This document shows positions 33,442 through 49,736 of a DNA stretch of 64,000 bases, piece by piece. The DNA comes from Nitrospirota bacterium (GTDB taxonomy: Bacteria; Nitrospirota; Thermodesulfovibrionia; Thermodesulfovibrionales; JdFR-86), in NCBI GenBank assembly GCA_963721805.1, contig CAVRJY010000001.1, positions 1,312,001 through 1,376,000 on the forward strand, written 5' to 3'. How positions within the stretch are numbered: position 1 is the first letter of the stretch; the number at the start of each line of letters is the position of its first letter. Under the pieces are notes generated by a model, which was not told the origin of the DNA, searched no databases, and saw only the letters and a program-made list of their open reading frames with translations. The translations under genes were made by a program, and so were the position numbers.

Positions 33442-34816
33442 TCAAATTATAGCATAAACGGCGTTTCGCGTCCGGCGTTTTACGCTGTACATGGCCTCGT
33501 CTGCGAGCTTCAGGAGCGCCTCCTTGGACTTGGAGCTTTCCGGGTAGGCGGCGACGCCGAAGCTCGCGGTTATCCTGAGGCGCGAGCCCCTCGGAGCGCA
33601 TGAACGTGTGCGACTCTATCGACTTGCGGATCCTCTCGGCTATGAGCATCGCGTTATGCAGCGTGGTCTGCGGCAGGACGATCACGAACTCGTCGCCGCC
33701 GTAGCGGGCGATGATGTCTATGGTGCGCAGCAGGTTCATCAGGAGTTCGCCCATCTCGACCAGCACCTTGCTGCCCACGAGATGGCCGAAGTTGTCGTTT
33801 ACGTCCTTGAAGTGGTCGACGTCCATGAATATCAGCGATACCGACGTGGAGTAGCGGTTGCTCCTCAGGATCTCGGTCTCGATGCTGCGGTTGAGGTAGC
33901 GCGAGTTAAACAGGTTCGTCAGGTCGTCGGTCACCACGAGGTCTTCGAGCCGCTGATAGAGGGCTATCTGGTCTATGGCGGCCGAGGCGTGCGCGATCAG
34001 GCGCTTAAATAGCGTGAAATCCTCTTCGTCTGAACGGCTCGCCTCCGGGCTTGTTCATGAGTTCGACCACGGCCGTCGTGCATTTGTTGCCCGACTTGAT
34101 CGGCGCGGCCATGAGCGTGCGGACCTTCCTTCGGTCCGAGGCGTCTATGCGGGCCGAGAAATCGTTTGTCTTCGGCGGCGTCCTGAACGAGTATCGGCTC
34201 GGACTTGCGCGCGACCAGCCCGGCGATGCTCTCGGCCCCCGCGAGCCTGATCCGGGCGGGTTTCTTCGGGTTGCGGTCGCCGAGCCTGTCCATATAGTCT
34301 TCCGGCCCGTTGGGGAGGCAGAACACGGACCATGCCTGAGCCTTGACCGCGGTGCAGAGTTTCCTCGCTATGGCCGAAAGCGCGGCGTGCGTGTCGCGTG
34401 AGGTGGTGAGGAGTCTGTTAATGTCGTCGATAAAGCCGATCTCGCGCCTCGTGCTCGCGTTTTCATCCCTAAGGCGCTTGTTCTCGGCCAGCATGGCGTG
34501 CTCGCTTAGGATCTTTCGGGAAAAGCGCAGCAGCTCGGATGGCGTGGGGTTCTGCAGCATGTAGGTATGCGGCCTCCCGATCCATGCGGAGAGCCCGCGC
34601 GGCCGTCCCTCAGGGCAGAGCACGAGTTTCGGGATATCCGCATAGTGCTTGGGGAGCGATGCCGGGAGCCCGTCGAAGGCGGGCTCCACTATGAGCAGAT
34701 CCGCATCGAGCGGCAGCCCCCGTCCGGGCGGGGCCGCTATCAGGCTCGCATCGAAATCCCTGGCGCCGGAGAGGGCGTCGCGGTATGCCTCCAGGCCCCG
34801 GCCCAGCAGCAGCGCC

Positions 34817-34824
<8 letters not shown>
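33442..34824 (-). CDS. GAF-GGDEF diguanylate cyclase (frameshifted)
   Basis: [26 protein letters not shown]-site, RYGGDEF. Confidence 0.85.
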
Positions 34825-37429
<2,605 letters not shown>

Positions 37430-37478
37430 AGATATTTATGATAAATGCACGGTACATAATATTTCAACGCCGCCATGT

Positions 37479-38534
37479 TCAGACGAAAATCGACGGGTCC
37501 TTTTCAAAGAGCGCCAGGAAGGCATGCGCCACGTCCGGGTCGAACTGAACCCCTGAATAGCGCTCGATCTCCCTCATCGCGTAAAGCACGCCCGGGGCCT
37601 CGCGGTAGGGCCTGCTGGAGGTCATCGCGTCGAAGGAGTCGGCGGCGTGCAGGATGCGGGCCGGAAGCGGGATCTCGTCCCCCTTGAGGCCCTCCGGGTA
37701 TCCCCTGCCGTCGAACCTTTCGTGGTGGTAGCGGACGTAGGGCACTATCCTCCTGAGCTGCTTGATGTTCTGGAGGATCAGCGCGCCCTGCGCCGGGTGC
37801 TTCTTCATGACCTCGAACTCCTCCGGGGTGAGCGGACCCGGTTTCTCCAGAAGGGCGTCGTACGTGCCGATCTTCCCGATGTCGTGCAGCAGGCCGCTTA
37901 AGTGCAGGTCGCGCACGGTCTCCTCCTCAAGGCCCATCGTGCGCGCCACGGTCTCGGTGATGCGGGCCACGCGCTCCGAGTGGCCGCGCGTCCAGGGGCT
38001 CTTGGCGTCCAGCGCCCCGACCATCGCGCGCAGCAAGCTCATGAACATGTCTTCCAGCTCGGCGTATGATTCGCTGATGTCTTCGAGCATGTTAAAGAAA
38101 GCCTCGCGCGAGTCGCGCAGCGCCTTGTCCCTCTTGAGGAGCAGGCCCTCAGTGCGTCCGGCCGCAGTCACGGCCTCGCGCATCGAGCTTACGTCCGTGA
38201 AGGTATGTATCGTTGCCATCGCACCGCCCCGGTCCACAACGGGCGAGGACATCGCGACGCAGAATATCCCGAGTTCCGGGATATGGAAATTTTTGATGTT
38301 ATCTGCGGCGCCGGAGGCGTCCGCAGGATTGCAGGCCGGGCATTTCTCCAGCCTCAGCAGTTCGGTGCAATGCATGCCGGTCGGGTCGTCCCTCAGGCGC
38401 ATCATGGCGGCAAACGCCTCGTTGGCATGCAGGAGCCTGCCGTCCGGGCCGTGGACGAACGCCGGGTTCGGCACGGCGCCCAGGATAGTCCGCCAGTCGG
38501 GGGAGCGGGAATCGGAAGCTGCGGCGTTTGACAT
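37479..38534 (-). CDS. PAS + HD-GYP phosphodiesterase
   Basis: LLHDIGK, HHERFDGRGYP, RPYR. Confidence 0.92.
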   Translation of the reverse strand: MSNAAASDSRSPDWRTILGAVPNPAFVHGPDGRLLHANEAFAAMMRLRDDPTGMHCTELLRLEKCPACNPADASGAADNIKNFHIPELGIFCVAMSSPVVDRGGAMATIHTFTDVSSMREAVTAAGRTEGLLLKRDKALRDSREAFFNMLEDISESYAELEDMFMSLLRAMVGALDAKSPWTRGHSERVARITETVARTMGLEEETVRDLHLSGLLHDIGKIGTYDALLEKPGPLTPEEFEVMKKHPAQGALILQNIKQLRRIVPYVRYHHERFDGRGYPEGLKGDEIPLPARILHAADSFDAMTSSRPYREAPGVLYAMREIERYSGVQFDPDVAHAFLALFEKDPSIFV

Positions 38535-38538
38535 GAAT

Positions 38539-39600
38539 TTAAAGGTCCAGCGGGCCGGTCTTGAGCATCTCGATCTCGTGCTCGAGTTCGGCGTTGCGCT
38601 TCTTGAGCTCGCGCATCTTAAGCTCGCGGCCGATGACCATGTTATAGAAGCGCTCGAGCTCCTCGACGCGTTCCTTCAGCTCCTTGTCGGAGCGCATGAG
38701 TTCCTTCTGCACTGTCATCAGGTCCGTGACGTCCGAGACCGTGACCACTATCTTCTCGAGCGCGCCCTGGGGGTCCTGTATCGGGTACTCGCTCATGTAC
38801 AGCCAGCGGTTGCGGGCGTCGAGCCACGAGTGCGAGACGGGCCTGCCCTCGGAGAGCTGTACAAGGTGCTTGGCGCGGTCCTTGGGCGCTATCTGCAGCA
38901 GCTCGGCGAGGTCCTTGCCCACGAGCGCCACGGGCTGCTTTTCCATGAACGCGCCGAAGCTCTGGTTGCAGCGCAGGATCCTGTAACGGTCGTCCGTGAG
39001 GATGATGAACTCCGAGACGGAATTAAAGGTGATCTCCCACTCAGCCTTCGCGTGCGAGACCTCCTCGAAGAGCTGAGTGAGGGTGCGTTCGAACTCCTTC
39101 TGCTTCGTGATGTCGCGGATAATGAGCAGAACCTCGCCGGGGCTGCACCTGCTGCACCTGAATTCGAAGAACTTGACGTTTCCGGTCTCCGCGGCGACCT
39201 CGACCTCCGAGACGTAAGCGTTATGAGACCTCATCGCCTCGCGGACGGCCTCCATCGCGAGACCGGCGATCTCGGGCGGGAACCCGTCGTCGAGCCTTGC
39301 GCAGTCCGTGCGCGCAGTGGAGAGGAACATGCCGCTTTGGTCCTGGCCGTGGCATTCGAGTATGGCCCCGCCTTCGGAGATGACGCACATGACGTCCGGG
39401 AGCGCGTCGAGCAGCGCCCGCATCCGCGCTTCGCTGCCGCACGAAGCGTCGTTCGCGCCCCCCTCATTTGAGGCTTCCGCTCTGAACGGATCGTCCATGT
39501 GCCCCTTGGCTTTCATATGCACTGTGACCTCTAATATATCACAGAAATCCCCGCCGTGACGAAACCCTTGCAATATTGCGTTTTCATGTGTGATAATCAA
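38539..39600 (-). CDS. tandem PAS-domain protein without output domain (true start likely ~39500)
   Basis: [19 protein letters not shown]-terminal [10 protein letters not shown] coiled coil. Confidence 0.8.
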   Translation of the reverse strand: MIITHENAILQGFRHGGDFCDILEVTVHMKAKGHMDDPFRAEASNEGGANDASCGSEARMRALLDALPDVMCVISEGGAILECHGQDQSGMFLSTARTDCARLDDGFPPEIAGLAMEAVREAMRSHNAYVSEVEVAAETGNVKFFEFRCSRCSPGEVLLIIRDITKQKEFERTLTQLFEEVSHAKAEWEITFNSVSEFIILTDDRYRILRCNQSFGAFMEKQPVALVGKDLAELLQIAPKDRAKHLVQLSEGRPVSHSWLDARNRWLYMSEYPIQDPQGALEKIVVTVSDVTDLMTVQKELMRSDKELKERVEELERFYNMVIGRELKMRELKKRNAELEHEIEMLKTGPLDL

Positions 39601-39648
39601 TCGCTTTCCGCTCGAAATACCTGTTATATATCTATTTGGGGAGGACTC

Positions 39649-41640
<1,992 letters not shown>

Positions 41641-41648
41641 CCTTATCG

Positions 41649-41678
41649 CGGGAGGGGCGAAAGACTTCGCCCCTCCCG
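41649..41678 (+). terminator. hairpin after tkt
   Basis: cgggaggggcgaa-agac-ttcgcccctcccg; weak U tract. Confidence 0.6.
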
Positions 41679-41764
41679 TATGCTTAATGCCTGCCAGCCA
41701 CACTGCCGTATATACGAAATACCTTTACATTCATTCAGCCGGTATGTAACAATTTACCAAACAT

Positions 41765-42376
41765 ATGGACTTGGCCAAGATACGCAAAAAGCACAAAAAG
41801 GCCCCGGCCGTAAAGGAGAAGGCCGGTATTCCCGCGCCCGCCGCGGAGGAGCCGGCCGTGCCGCCCGTGTCCCCCAATGTACCGGTCGAGGCAGCGCCGC
41901 CGCCCGTCGGGGCATCCGAGATGCTGCCCCAAACAGCCGGGCCGGCGGACGAGGCGCTCCTGGAGTTCGTGATTTTCTCTGTGGGCGGCGAGAGGTTCGC
42001 CGTAAGGGTGGAGGACATAGTCGAGATAGTGCGCAACCAGGTTATAACGGCGGTTCCCCGGACCCATGATTTCGTGCTCGGCGTCACATCCCTCGGGGGG
42101 AAGATCATCCCGGTGATCGACCCGGCGCTGAGGCTGGGGATCCCCGGCAGCCCGGAGCAGGCGGCAAAGAAAAAACTGGTCATACTGCGGGGCCCCAAGG
42201 GCCCGGCCGGTATCATCCTCAGCGGTGCGATGGACGTCATCACGCTTCACCCCTCGATGCTGCTTGAGCCCCCGCCGCACCTCGATGCCGCGGGCAAGGT
42301 CTACGCCGGAGCGGTGCTGAAAACCGCCCACGGGTTCGTCTCGGTCATAAGCCTCGGGGAATTCCTCGATTTCTGA
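41765..42376 (+). CDS. cheW: CheW
   Basis: FSVGGERFAV, VPRTHDFVLGV..LGGKIIPVID; Pro-rich N-extension. Confidence 0.88.
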   Translation: MDLAKIRKKHKKAPAVKEKAGIPAPAAEEPAVPPVSPNVPVEAAPPPVGASEMLPQTAGPADEALLEFVIFSVGGERFAVRVEDIVEIVRNQVITAVPRTHDFVLGVTSLGGKIIPVIDPALRLGIPGSPEQAAKKKLVILRGPKGPAGIILSGAMDVITLHPSMLLEPPPHLDAAGKVYAGAVLKTAHGFVSVISLGEFLDF

Positions 42377-42388
42377 TATGGAGGGGTA

Positions 42389-45245
42389 ATGAAACAAAAA
42401 CTCGAACTGAAGGTCGTCGGCCTGTGCTTCGTCATACTCGTGGCCGGGGTCGCGGCCATCTGCCTCTCGGTCATCAACAAGGAGAAAAGCGGGATAAACG
42501 AGGTCTCGAGCCGCAGGGTGCAGGACACCGCGAAGGTCATCACGCAGGCCCTGGAGATCACGATGCTCGAAGGCAGGGCCGAGGTCACGAAGGAGCTGTC
42601 GGAGAACCTGAAGTTCGCAAGCGGCTTCGAGGGCATAGAGGTCCTGAACTGGGAGGGCCGCGAGGCGTTCAAGCCCAAGGCCCCGACGCTCGAACTCGCA
42701 GCGATTGACAGGCTCGGCCGCGACCGCGACGGCTTCACCGTTGCGGACAAGCAGTCGCTCAAGGTATACATGCCGCTTCAGAACAAGCAGAGCTGCAAGG
42801 CCTGCCACAGCAAGGAGACTTCCGACCTGCTCGGCGCGGTCAAGGTCTCTGTCTCGCTCGAAAAGGAATACGACAGCATCAACTCCTTCATCTTCTATCT
42901 CGTGGTCGGCTGCATCGTGGGCGTGCTGTTCATAGGCGGCCTGATGTGGCTCATCATGAGCAGGATCGTCATCCAGCCGATCAAGGCCCTGGAGCTCGCG
43001 GCAGGGCGCATGGCCATCGGGGACCTTTCGTTCCGCACAGGCATCACCTCCGTGGACGAACTCGGCCGCCTGAACTCCTCTATCGAGAGCGCGCTTAACT
43101 CCGTGGGCGGCATCCTCAGGCGCGTCAAGGACGTCTCGTCGCGCATCGCGCGCGCCACAGATATTGTCGAGCAGGACTCCAACAAGGTCGCCGAACGCAC
43201 GATTGTCGAAGGCGAGGCGGTATCTGAGATCTCGAGCTACGTCGAGGAGCTTAACGCCGCCATTGCCGAGATAGCCGAAAACACCGAGGGGCTGGCCAAG
43301 TCCGTCGAGGTCACGGCCTCCTCTATCGAGGAGATGTCGGCGAGCATCACCGAGATAACCAACCTCACGCACGACGTATCGGAGGGCGTGGACTCGACGT
43401 CTTCGTCCATCGAGCAGCTCTCGGCAGCTATAAAGCAAGTCGCCGAGAGCGCCGGGGATTTCACTAAGGTAGCCGACGACACGATGTCAGCGGTCGATGA
43501 GATCATGGCCTCGGTGCGCGAGGTCGAGCACCGCGCCAAGGAGTCCGCCTCGATGTCCCAGAAGGTCATGAACGACGCGATGGGCTCGGGGATGAAATCC
43601 GTAAACATGGCCATCGAGGGCATGGAGAACATCCGCGGCTCGGTGACCAAGGCCGGCAACGCCATAGAGAAACTCGGCACGCGCTCCGAGGAGATCGGCT
43701 CGATCATCAACCTGATAGACGAGATCGCGGACCAGACGACGCTCCTGGCCCTTAACGCTGCCATCCTCGCGGCGCAGGCCGGGGAGCACGGCAAGGGCTT
43801 CTCCGTCGTGGCCAACGAGATCAAGGACCTGGCCGAGCGCACCGCGTTCTCCACAAAGGAGATCGACGGCCTGATACAGGCCGTGCGCAAGGAAGTTACG
43901 GACGCGGTAGTGGCGATGGACGAAGGCATAACGTCGGTGGAGGAAGGCATAAAGCGCTCCAAGGACGTATCCTCGACCTTCAGGATGATACTGGACAGCT
44001 CGAAGATCTCTGCCGAGATGTCCGCGCAGATCGAGCGCACGACGGAAGAACAGTCGCGCTCCGCGATGTACGTCTCCGAGGCGATGGAGAACGTCCGCAC
44101 GATGGTCGGGGAGATAGCCAAGGCGACCGCCGAGCAGTCAAAGGGCGTGGGCCTGATCATGGCCGCGACCGAGAGGATCCGCGACGCCTCGCGGCAGGCT
44201 GACAACGCCACCCGGCAGCAGGCCGAGGGGAGCCGCCACGTATCGTTCGAGATCGAGCGCATATCCGACCGCAGCAGGCAGATATCGCGCGCCATCCGCG
44301 AGCAGCGCACCGGGGCCAACCAGATATGGCTCTCGATAGAGAGGATTAAAGAGCTGCCCAAGGACAACAGGGAACTCTCGTTCCGCATAAACCGCTCTGT
44401 GCAGAAGCTGCTGAAAGACTCGGAGCTTGTGCTGACCGAGCTCGAGCGCTTCAGGTTCCAGAGCGCGGCCGAGTCCGACGTCATAGGGTTCGGAGTGGTG
44501 CCGTTCGAGGCCCCAGCCGAGATTATACAGGCGGTTTACCCCGCTCGTGGAGTACCTCAGCAGGGTGACGGGACACCGCTTCGAGCTTCGCGTACCCCTG
44601 GATTTCGAGAGCGTGGGCAGGGACATGCTCAGCGGCGAGACCCAGCTTTGCTATATGACGCCGGTAGTATACGTCAAGGCCCGGCAGGGCGCCAACATCA
44701 AGCCGCTGGCGAAGTCGCTGCTCGACGGCAAGGGCGTGATGCGTTCGGTGATAGTGGCGCCGGAGGGCACGGACCTCAAGGGCCTCCGCGATCTGGCCGG
44801 CCGCTCCATGGCCTTCGTGGACGAGGACTCCGCGACCGGCTTCATCATGCCTGTCTCGATGCTCATTGACGAGGGCGTCAGCCTGAAGGACCTCTCGAGG
44901 CAGGACTTCCTCGGCACGCACGACGACGTTATGAAGGCCGTGGTGAAGGGCGACTTCGACGCCGGGGCGGTGATGGAGAGCGCGGCGCTCAGGTATAAAG
45001 ACCGCGGCATAAAGATCCTGGCCGTATCACGCGACATGCCCGCCTTCAACATCAGCGCATCCCCGGCCGTGTCGGAGGAGCTCAGGGAAGCCGTCAAAAA
45101 CGCGGTCATGATGCTCAAGGACGATAACCCGGAGGGCCTCAGGGTGCTCCGCGGCATCGACAGGACGCTCAATGGCTTTGCGCCCGTTTCCGACGACGAA
45201 TACGAAGGGGTTCGCGAGGTTTTGGAGAAGGTGAAAAGGGCATGA
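42389..45245 (+). CDS. MCP with heme-c sensor and probable C-terminal PhnD-like domain (frameshift ~44525)
   Basis: TM-CKACH-TM-HAMP, QTTLLALNAAILAAQAGEHGKGFSVVA; then FGVVP..., AFVDEDSATGF, GTHDDV. Confidence 0.8.
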
Positions 45246-47272
45246 CGCGCGTCCGCTCCACAGCGTTCGACTTCATGGCCGCGGTCGTGATCACGCTCGT
45301 GATAGGGCAGCTTGTCCTTGCCATTTGGTTCCTGATCTATGAAAAGGAGACCTACAGGAAGGCGCGCGAGACGAGTTCCGCTATGGAGGCGAAGTTTCTG
45401 GCTGAATACTCGGCCGAGTACCTCAGCAGCGGCGAGCGCTCAAGCCTCGACAGCTTCGTAGCCACCCTGAGGGCCGACAGCGATATCCTCTCGATCCAGA
45501 TCAGGCGCTCAGACGGCCTCGTGGTGCTCAGCGAAAGGCTCGGCGAGGAGCAGGAACCAAGCTCGCTCGCCCCGTTTTATATCCCCACGCGCAACTCCGT
45601 GCACGCCCCGATACGTTCCGGCGGAGCGGTCACCGGAGAGGTCGAGCTCGAATACAGCGGCGCGTCCGTAAACGGGCAGATCAAGCGGCTGATGACGATG
45701 TTCCCGTCTGCTGCAGGGCGTCGTCTTCCTGCTGGCCGCCGCCGTCATATACATCCTGTTTCGCGTTCAGATCAGCAGGCCGCTCAGGCAGCTGGGGCAC
45801 GATATCTCGCGGATAAACGACGGCGACCTGACGGTCGCGATCCCGCAGGACTACGCGCTGGAGATCGCCGTCGTGGCCAAGGGCATGCAGACGCTCGTCG
45901 ACCGGTTCTCATACGCTGTATCGCGGCTGGACGCGGCCTCTGACAAGGTCTCCCGCACCTCCAGAAGGGTGCTCGCCTCCACCCGCACCCTGGCCGAGTC
46001 CGCCCAGAGGCAGAACGAGACTACCGAGGCGATGGCGATGATACTCAAGGGGGCGACCGAGACCCACAGGCAGCTTATCAGCATCACGGAGGACGTCGCG
46101 GCCCTTTCGTCCGAGAACGTCTCGTCGTTGCTGGAGGTCAAGGCGATGGGCGACGAGATAGTCACCGGCATGGAGACCCTTTTCAGGGCCACCGAGATAT
46201 CGCTTTCGAACGTGGCCCAGATGACGCAGACATCAAAGACCATGGCGGCGGGCTCTGGCGAGGCCCTCGAACGGGTCGAGAGCATATCCGCCTCCGTCGA
46301 GGAGGTCACGGCATCGGTCAAGGAGGTGGAGCGAAACGCCAGGAGCTCGGCCGAGCTTGCCGAAGCGGTCCGCTCCTCCGCGGCCAAGGAGGGCGTCGAG
46401 GTCGTGGCCGTCGCTATCGAGGGCATGGGCAGGATCAGCAATGTCGTATCGATCACGGTCGATCAGGTAAAGCGGCTGCACGACAGTTCGCTGGACATAC
46501 AGCGGATACTCTCGGTCATCCGCGAGATAACCGAACAGACGAACCTGCTGAGCCTCAACGCCTCTATCCTGGCCGAGAAGGCCGGAGAGCACGGCAAGGG
46601 GTTTTCGGTCGTCGCCGAGGAGATGCGCTCGCTGAGCGGCCGCACGGCCTCTTACACGAGGGAGATCTCCGGCATCGTCAAGTCCATCCTGGGCGGGATA
46701 GAGGACACGGTCGAGATGATAAACGCCAGCGCCAAGATGGTCGGCGCCGAGAGCGATAAGGTCTATAACGTCGGCGAGACCGTAAGCGGCATACTCGAGG
46801 CCGCGCATAATTCCGCTTCGATGGCCCAAAGCATCGAGCATGCCACGGTGGAGCAGGCCAGGGCGCCTGCAGCTCGTCGCCAATTCGATGCTCGACGTAA
46901 ACCTCATGGCCATGCAGATGAAAAAAGCCATGGACGAGCAGATGACCGCGACCTCGCAGGTGCTGGAGCAGGTCGGCGAGGTCAGGGAGATCGCCGACAG
47001 CACCAAGAGGGGCGTAAACGAGCAGGACTCCGGCATCCGCGACATCGCCAAGAACATGGAGTCCGCCAACGAGATGGTATCGAACGTCAAGGGCTCGATC
47101 CTCACAGCAGCAGAGGATCACCGAGGAGATCGGTATATCGCTCAGCGACATGCACTCCACCGGTCTTGGCAGCATCAAGGACATCGAGAACCTGACCGAG
47201 GCTCTCGAGAACCTCCAGCGCGACATCGCGCAGATCAGGGCCGAGATGGGCTCGCTCCGCGGAAGGCCATGA
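45242..47272 (+). CDS. methyl-accepting chemotaxis protein (frameshifted)
   Basis: TM, HAMP, EQTNLLSLNASILAEKAGEHGKGFSVVA. Confidence 0.85.
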
Positions 47273-47742
47273 GGCAGTTTCTGATCTTCACGGTCTCGGG
47301 GGCGGCGTTCGGGCTTGCGGTCGAGCGTGCGGTCGAGATCTGCCGCGCCGGCGCCGTGCAACCCGTGCCTGACATGCCTGATTACATCGCCGGCATCCTG
47401 ACGCTCAGGCGCGAGGTCATCCCGATCATAGACATGCGTGGCCGCTTCGGGCTCCCGCGGCTGGCGTCCTCAAAAAAGCTCAGGATCGTTATGGTCCGTT
47501 ACCGAAACGAGTTAAACGGCCTGCTGGTCGACACGGTCGAGGGCATAGTGAAGCTCCAGGACGAGCAGGTAGCGCCCTCTCCGGCGGTCTTCATGGGGCT
47601 CAAGGCTGATTTCATCGAGGGCCTGTACAGGGAGACCGGCCGCGTGGTGATAATCCTCAGGCTCGACGCCCTGCTGACCTCCGGCGAGAGAATAACCCTC
47701 GATGAGACCCGCATGCGGCACCCGCAGGGGGATGCTGCATGA
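47269..47742 (+). CDS. cheW: CheW
   Basis: MRQFLIF, VPDMPDYIAGILTLR, GLLVD. Confidence 0.9.
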   Translation: MRQFLIFTVSGAAFGLAVERAVEICRAGAVQPVPDMPDYIAGILTLRREVIPIIDMRGRFGLPRLASSKKLRIVMVRYRNELNGLLVDTVEGIVKLQDEQVAPSPAVFMGLKADFIEGLYRETGRVVIILRLDALLTSGERITLDETRMRHPQGDAA

Positions 47743-49736
47743 TTGAGAAGATCTCGAAGCTCCTGGAGGATGGGGACGTAGAACTCAGGCGTCAGGCCGT
47801 GATCGATCTGCGCTCGCTCAAGGATAAGGTCCCGGCCGAAGATGCCGTGAGGCTTCTGCTGAGGGCCATGCAGGACCCCAACTGGCGCGTGCGCAAGACC
47901 GCGATCGAGATGCTCTCGGCCGATTATCCCCCTGAGAGCTACCTCAAGGGGCTGCTGAACCTGCTTCAGATGGAAGGCAACGCCGGGGCGCGCAGTGGCG
48001 CCATGGAGGCCTTTGTCCGGCTCGGCAAGGGCGCCACCGGGTTCCTGATGCGCGAGTTCGAAACCCCGGACGCCGATACCAGAAAATTCATCATAGATAT
48101 CCTGGGGCAGATTAACGACCGAAAAGCCCTGCCCCTGCTGCTCGGGGCCTTAAACGACCGGGACGAAAACGTGCGCGCGGCCGCTGTGGAATACCTCGGC
48201 TGCCTGCGCGAGGCCACGGTAGTCGAGAGGCTGATCGAGATCATGCGGAGCGGGGATCTCTGGACCGCGTATCCTGCGGTCGAAGCCTTGGGGAAAATAG
48301 GCGACCCCGCGGCTGTCCCGGCGTTAGAGGAGTGCCTCGCGAAGGGACCGCTCAAAGAGGTCGCCCTCAGGGCGCTGGCCGAGATCGGCGACACGCGCTC
48401 CATAGACACTATTGTCCCGCTCGTAGAGGACAGGTCAAAGTCGGTCCAGCACGAGGCGCTCGTAGCTATATCGACGATGTACCACGGCGGCGTCTCGGAG
48501 GAGGCCATAATCGCCGGGCTCCGCAAGCACCTCGGCGAGAGGGCGGTCTCGGTGCTCCTGAACCACGCATGGAGCAGCAGGCACGATGTCCGCGTGGCGG
48601 CCATCCTGTTCCTCGGCATGCTCAGGGACCTCAGCGCGCTTGAGCCGCTGATGGAACTCTCGCAGGAGGAGGAATACCGCGACGACGTCAAGCGCGCTCT
48701 CGTATTCATCGGCCGCGAGCAGCCGGAAGCCCTGATGCCGCTTTTTAAGATGCGCGGCGATTACCACGCGCGGGTTATTTCCTCAGTCGCGGCCGAGATC
48801 GCGGTGAAGGATTATTTCGAGCCCCTGATCGACATGCTTGCGGGCGAAGACGGACACGTGAGGTCTAACGCCATGTACGGCCTTATGAGGATCGGGGACG
48901 AGCGCGCGATCACGCCGATCCTGGGGATGCTCACAGACCCTTACGTGGATGTCCAGGAGATGGCGGTCGAATGCCTGGCGAGATTCCACGACTGGCTGGA
49001 CCTGGACGGGCTGGCGCGTATGCTGCACGACCCTGACCCGGTCCGGAGGAAGAACGTGGCGGCCCTGCTTGGCAAGCTCGGGCGTCCGTCGATGGCCGAG
49101 GACCTCAGCTTCGCGATGCAGGACGAAAACGCCCACGTCCGCAGGGCGGCCATCAACGCCATGGCAAACATCCCCTCCCCAAAGACTGTCGAATACCTCA
49201 TGGCCGCGATCACGGACGAGGACACCGACAACCGCATATCGGCCATCCTGGGGCTCGGGGCGATAGCAGGAGAGCAGGCCGTTGAGCCTCTGCTGCTGGT
49301 GTTCGGCGATGACGACGACATGCTCAAGGTATACGCCATCAAGGCGCTCGGCATGATAGGCAGCCCCAAGGCCATGCCCGACCTCATCAAGCAGTTCGAC
49401 AACCCCAACGGGTTTGTCGTGAGTGCGGCCATCGAGGCGGTCTCGAAGATCGGCGGCGCGGTCGCGGTCGATGCGTTACGGCGGCTGCTGCCGTCGCGCG
49501 ACGACGAGATCAGGCGCACGGCGATACGTGCACTGGGCGGGTTTATAGACACCGAGGAGTTGATCTACCCGTTTCTGGAAGACTCGGACTGGGCCACGAG
49601 GGCCGCGGCCGTGGAGTCGCTGGCCCCCAAGGGCGACGGCGAGGTGCTCCGCCGCCTGGAGCGCTCGCTTGAGAGGGAAGAGGACAGTGTAGTAAGGGTC
49701 ATGCTGGAGAAGGCGATAAATGATCGACAGAGATGA
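47739..49736 (+). CDS. HEAT/PBS-lyase repeat protein
   Basis: Many D...VRxxAxxALG repeats. Confidence 0.9.
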   Translation: MIEKISKLLEDGDVELRRQAVIDLRSLKDKVPAEDAVRLLLRAMQDPNWRVRKTAIEMLSADYPPESYLKGLLNLLQMEGNAGARSGAMEAFVRLGKGATGFLMREFETPDADTRKFIIDILGQINDRKALPLLLGALNDRDENVRAAAVEYLGCLREATVVERLIEIMRSGDLWTAYPAVEALGKIGDPAAVPALEECLAKGPLKEVALRALAEIGDTRSIDTIVPLVEDRSKSVQHEALVAISTMYHGGVSEEAIIAGLRKHLGERAVSVLLNHAWSSRHDVRVAAILFLGMLRDLSALEPLMELSQEEEYRDDVKRALVFIGREQPEALMPLFKMRGDYHARVISSVAAEIAVKDYFEPLIDMLAGEDGHVRSNAMYGLMRIGDERAITPILGMLTDPYVDVQEMAVECLARFHDWLDLDGLARMLHDPDPVRRKNVAALLGKLGRPSMAEDLSFAMQDENAHVRRAAINAMANIPSPKTVEYLMAAITDEDTDNRISAILGLGAIAGEQAVEPLLLVFGDDDDMLKVYAIKALGMIGSPKAMPDLIKQFDNPNGFVVSAAIEAVSKIGGAVAVDALRRLLPSRDDEIRRTAIRALGGFIDTEELIYPFLEDSDWATRAAAVESLAPKGDGEVLRRLERSLEREEDSVVRVMLEKAINDRQR

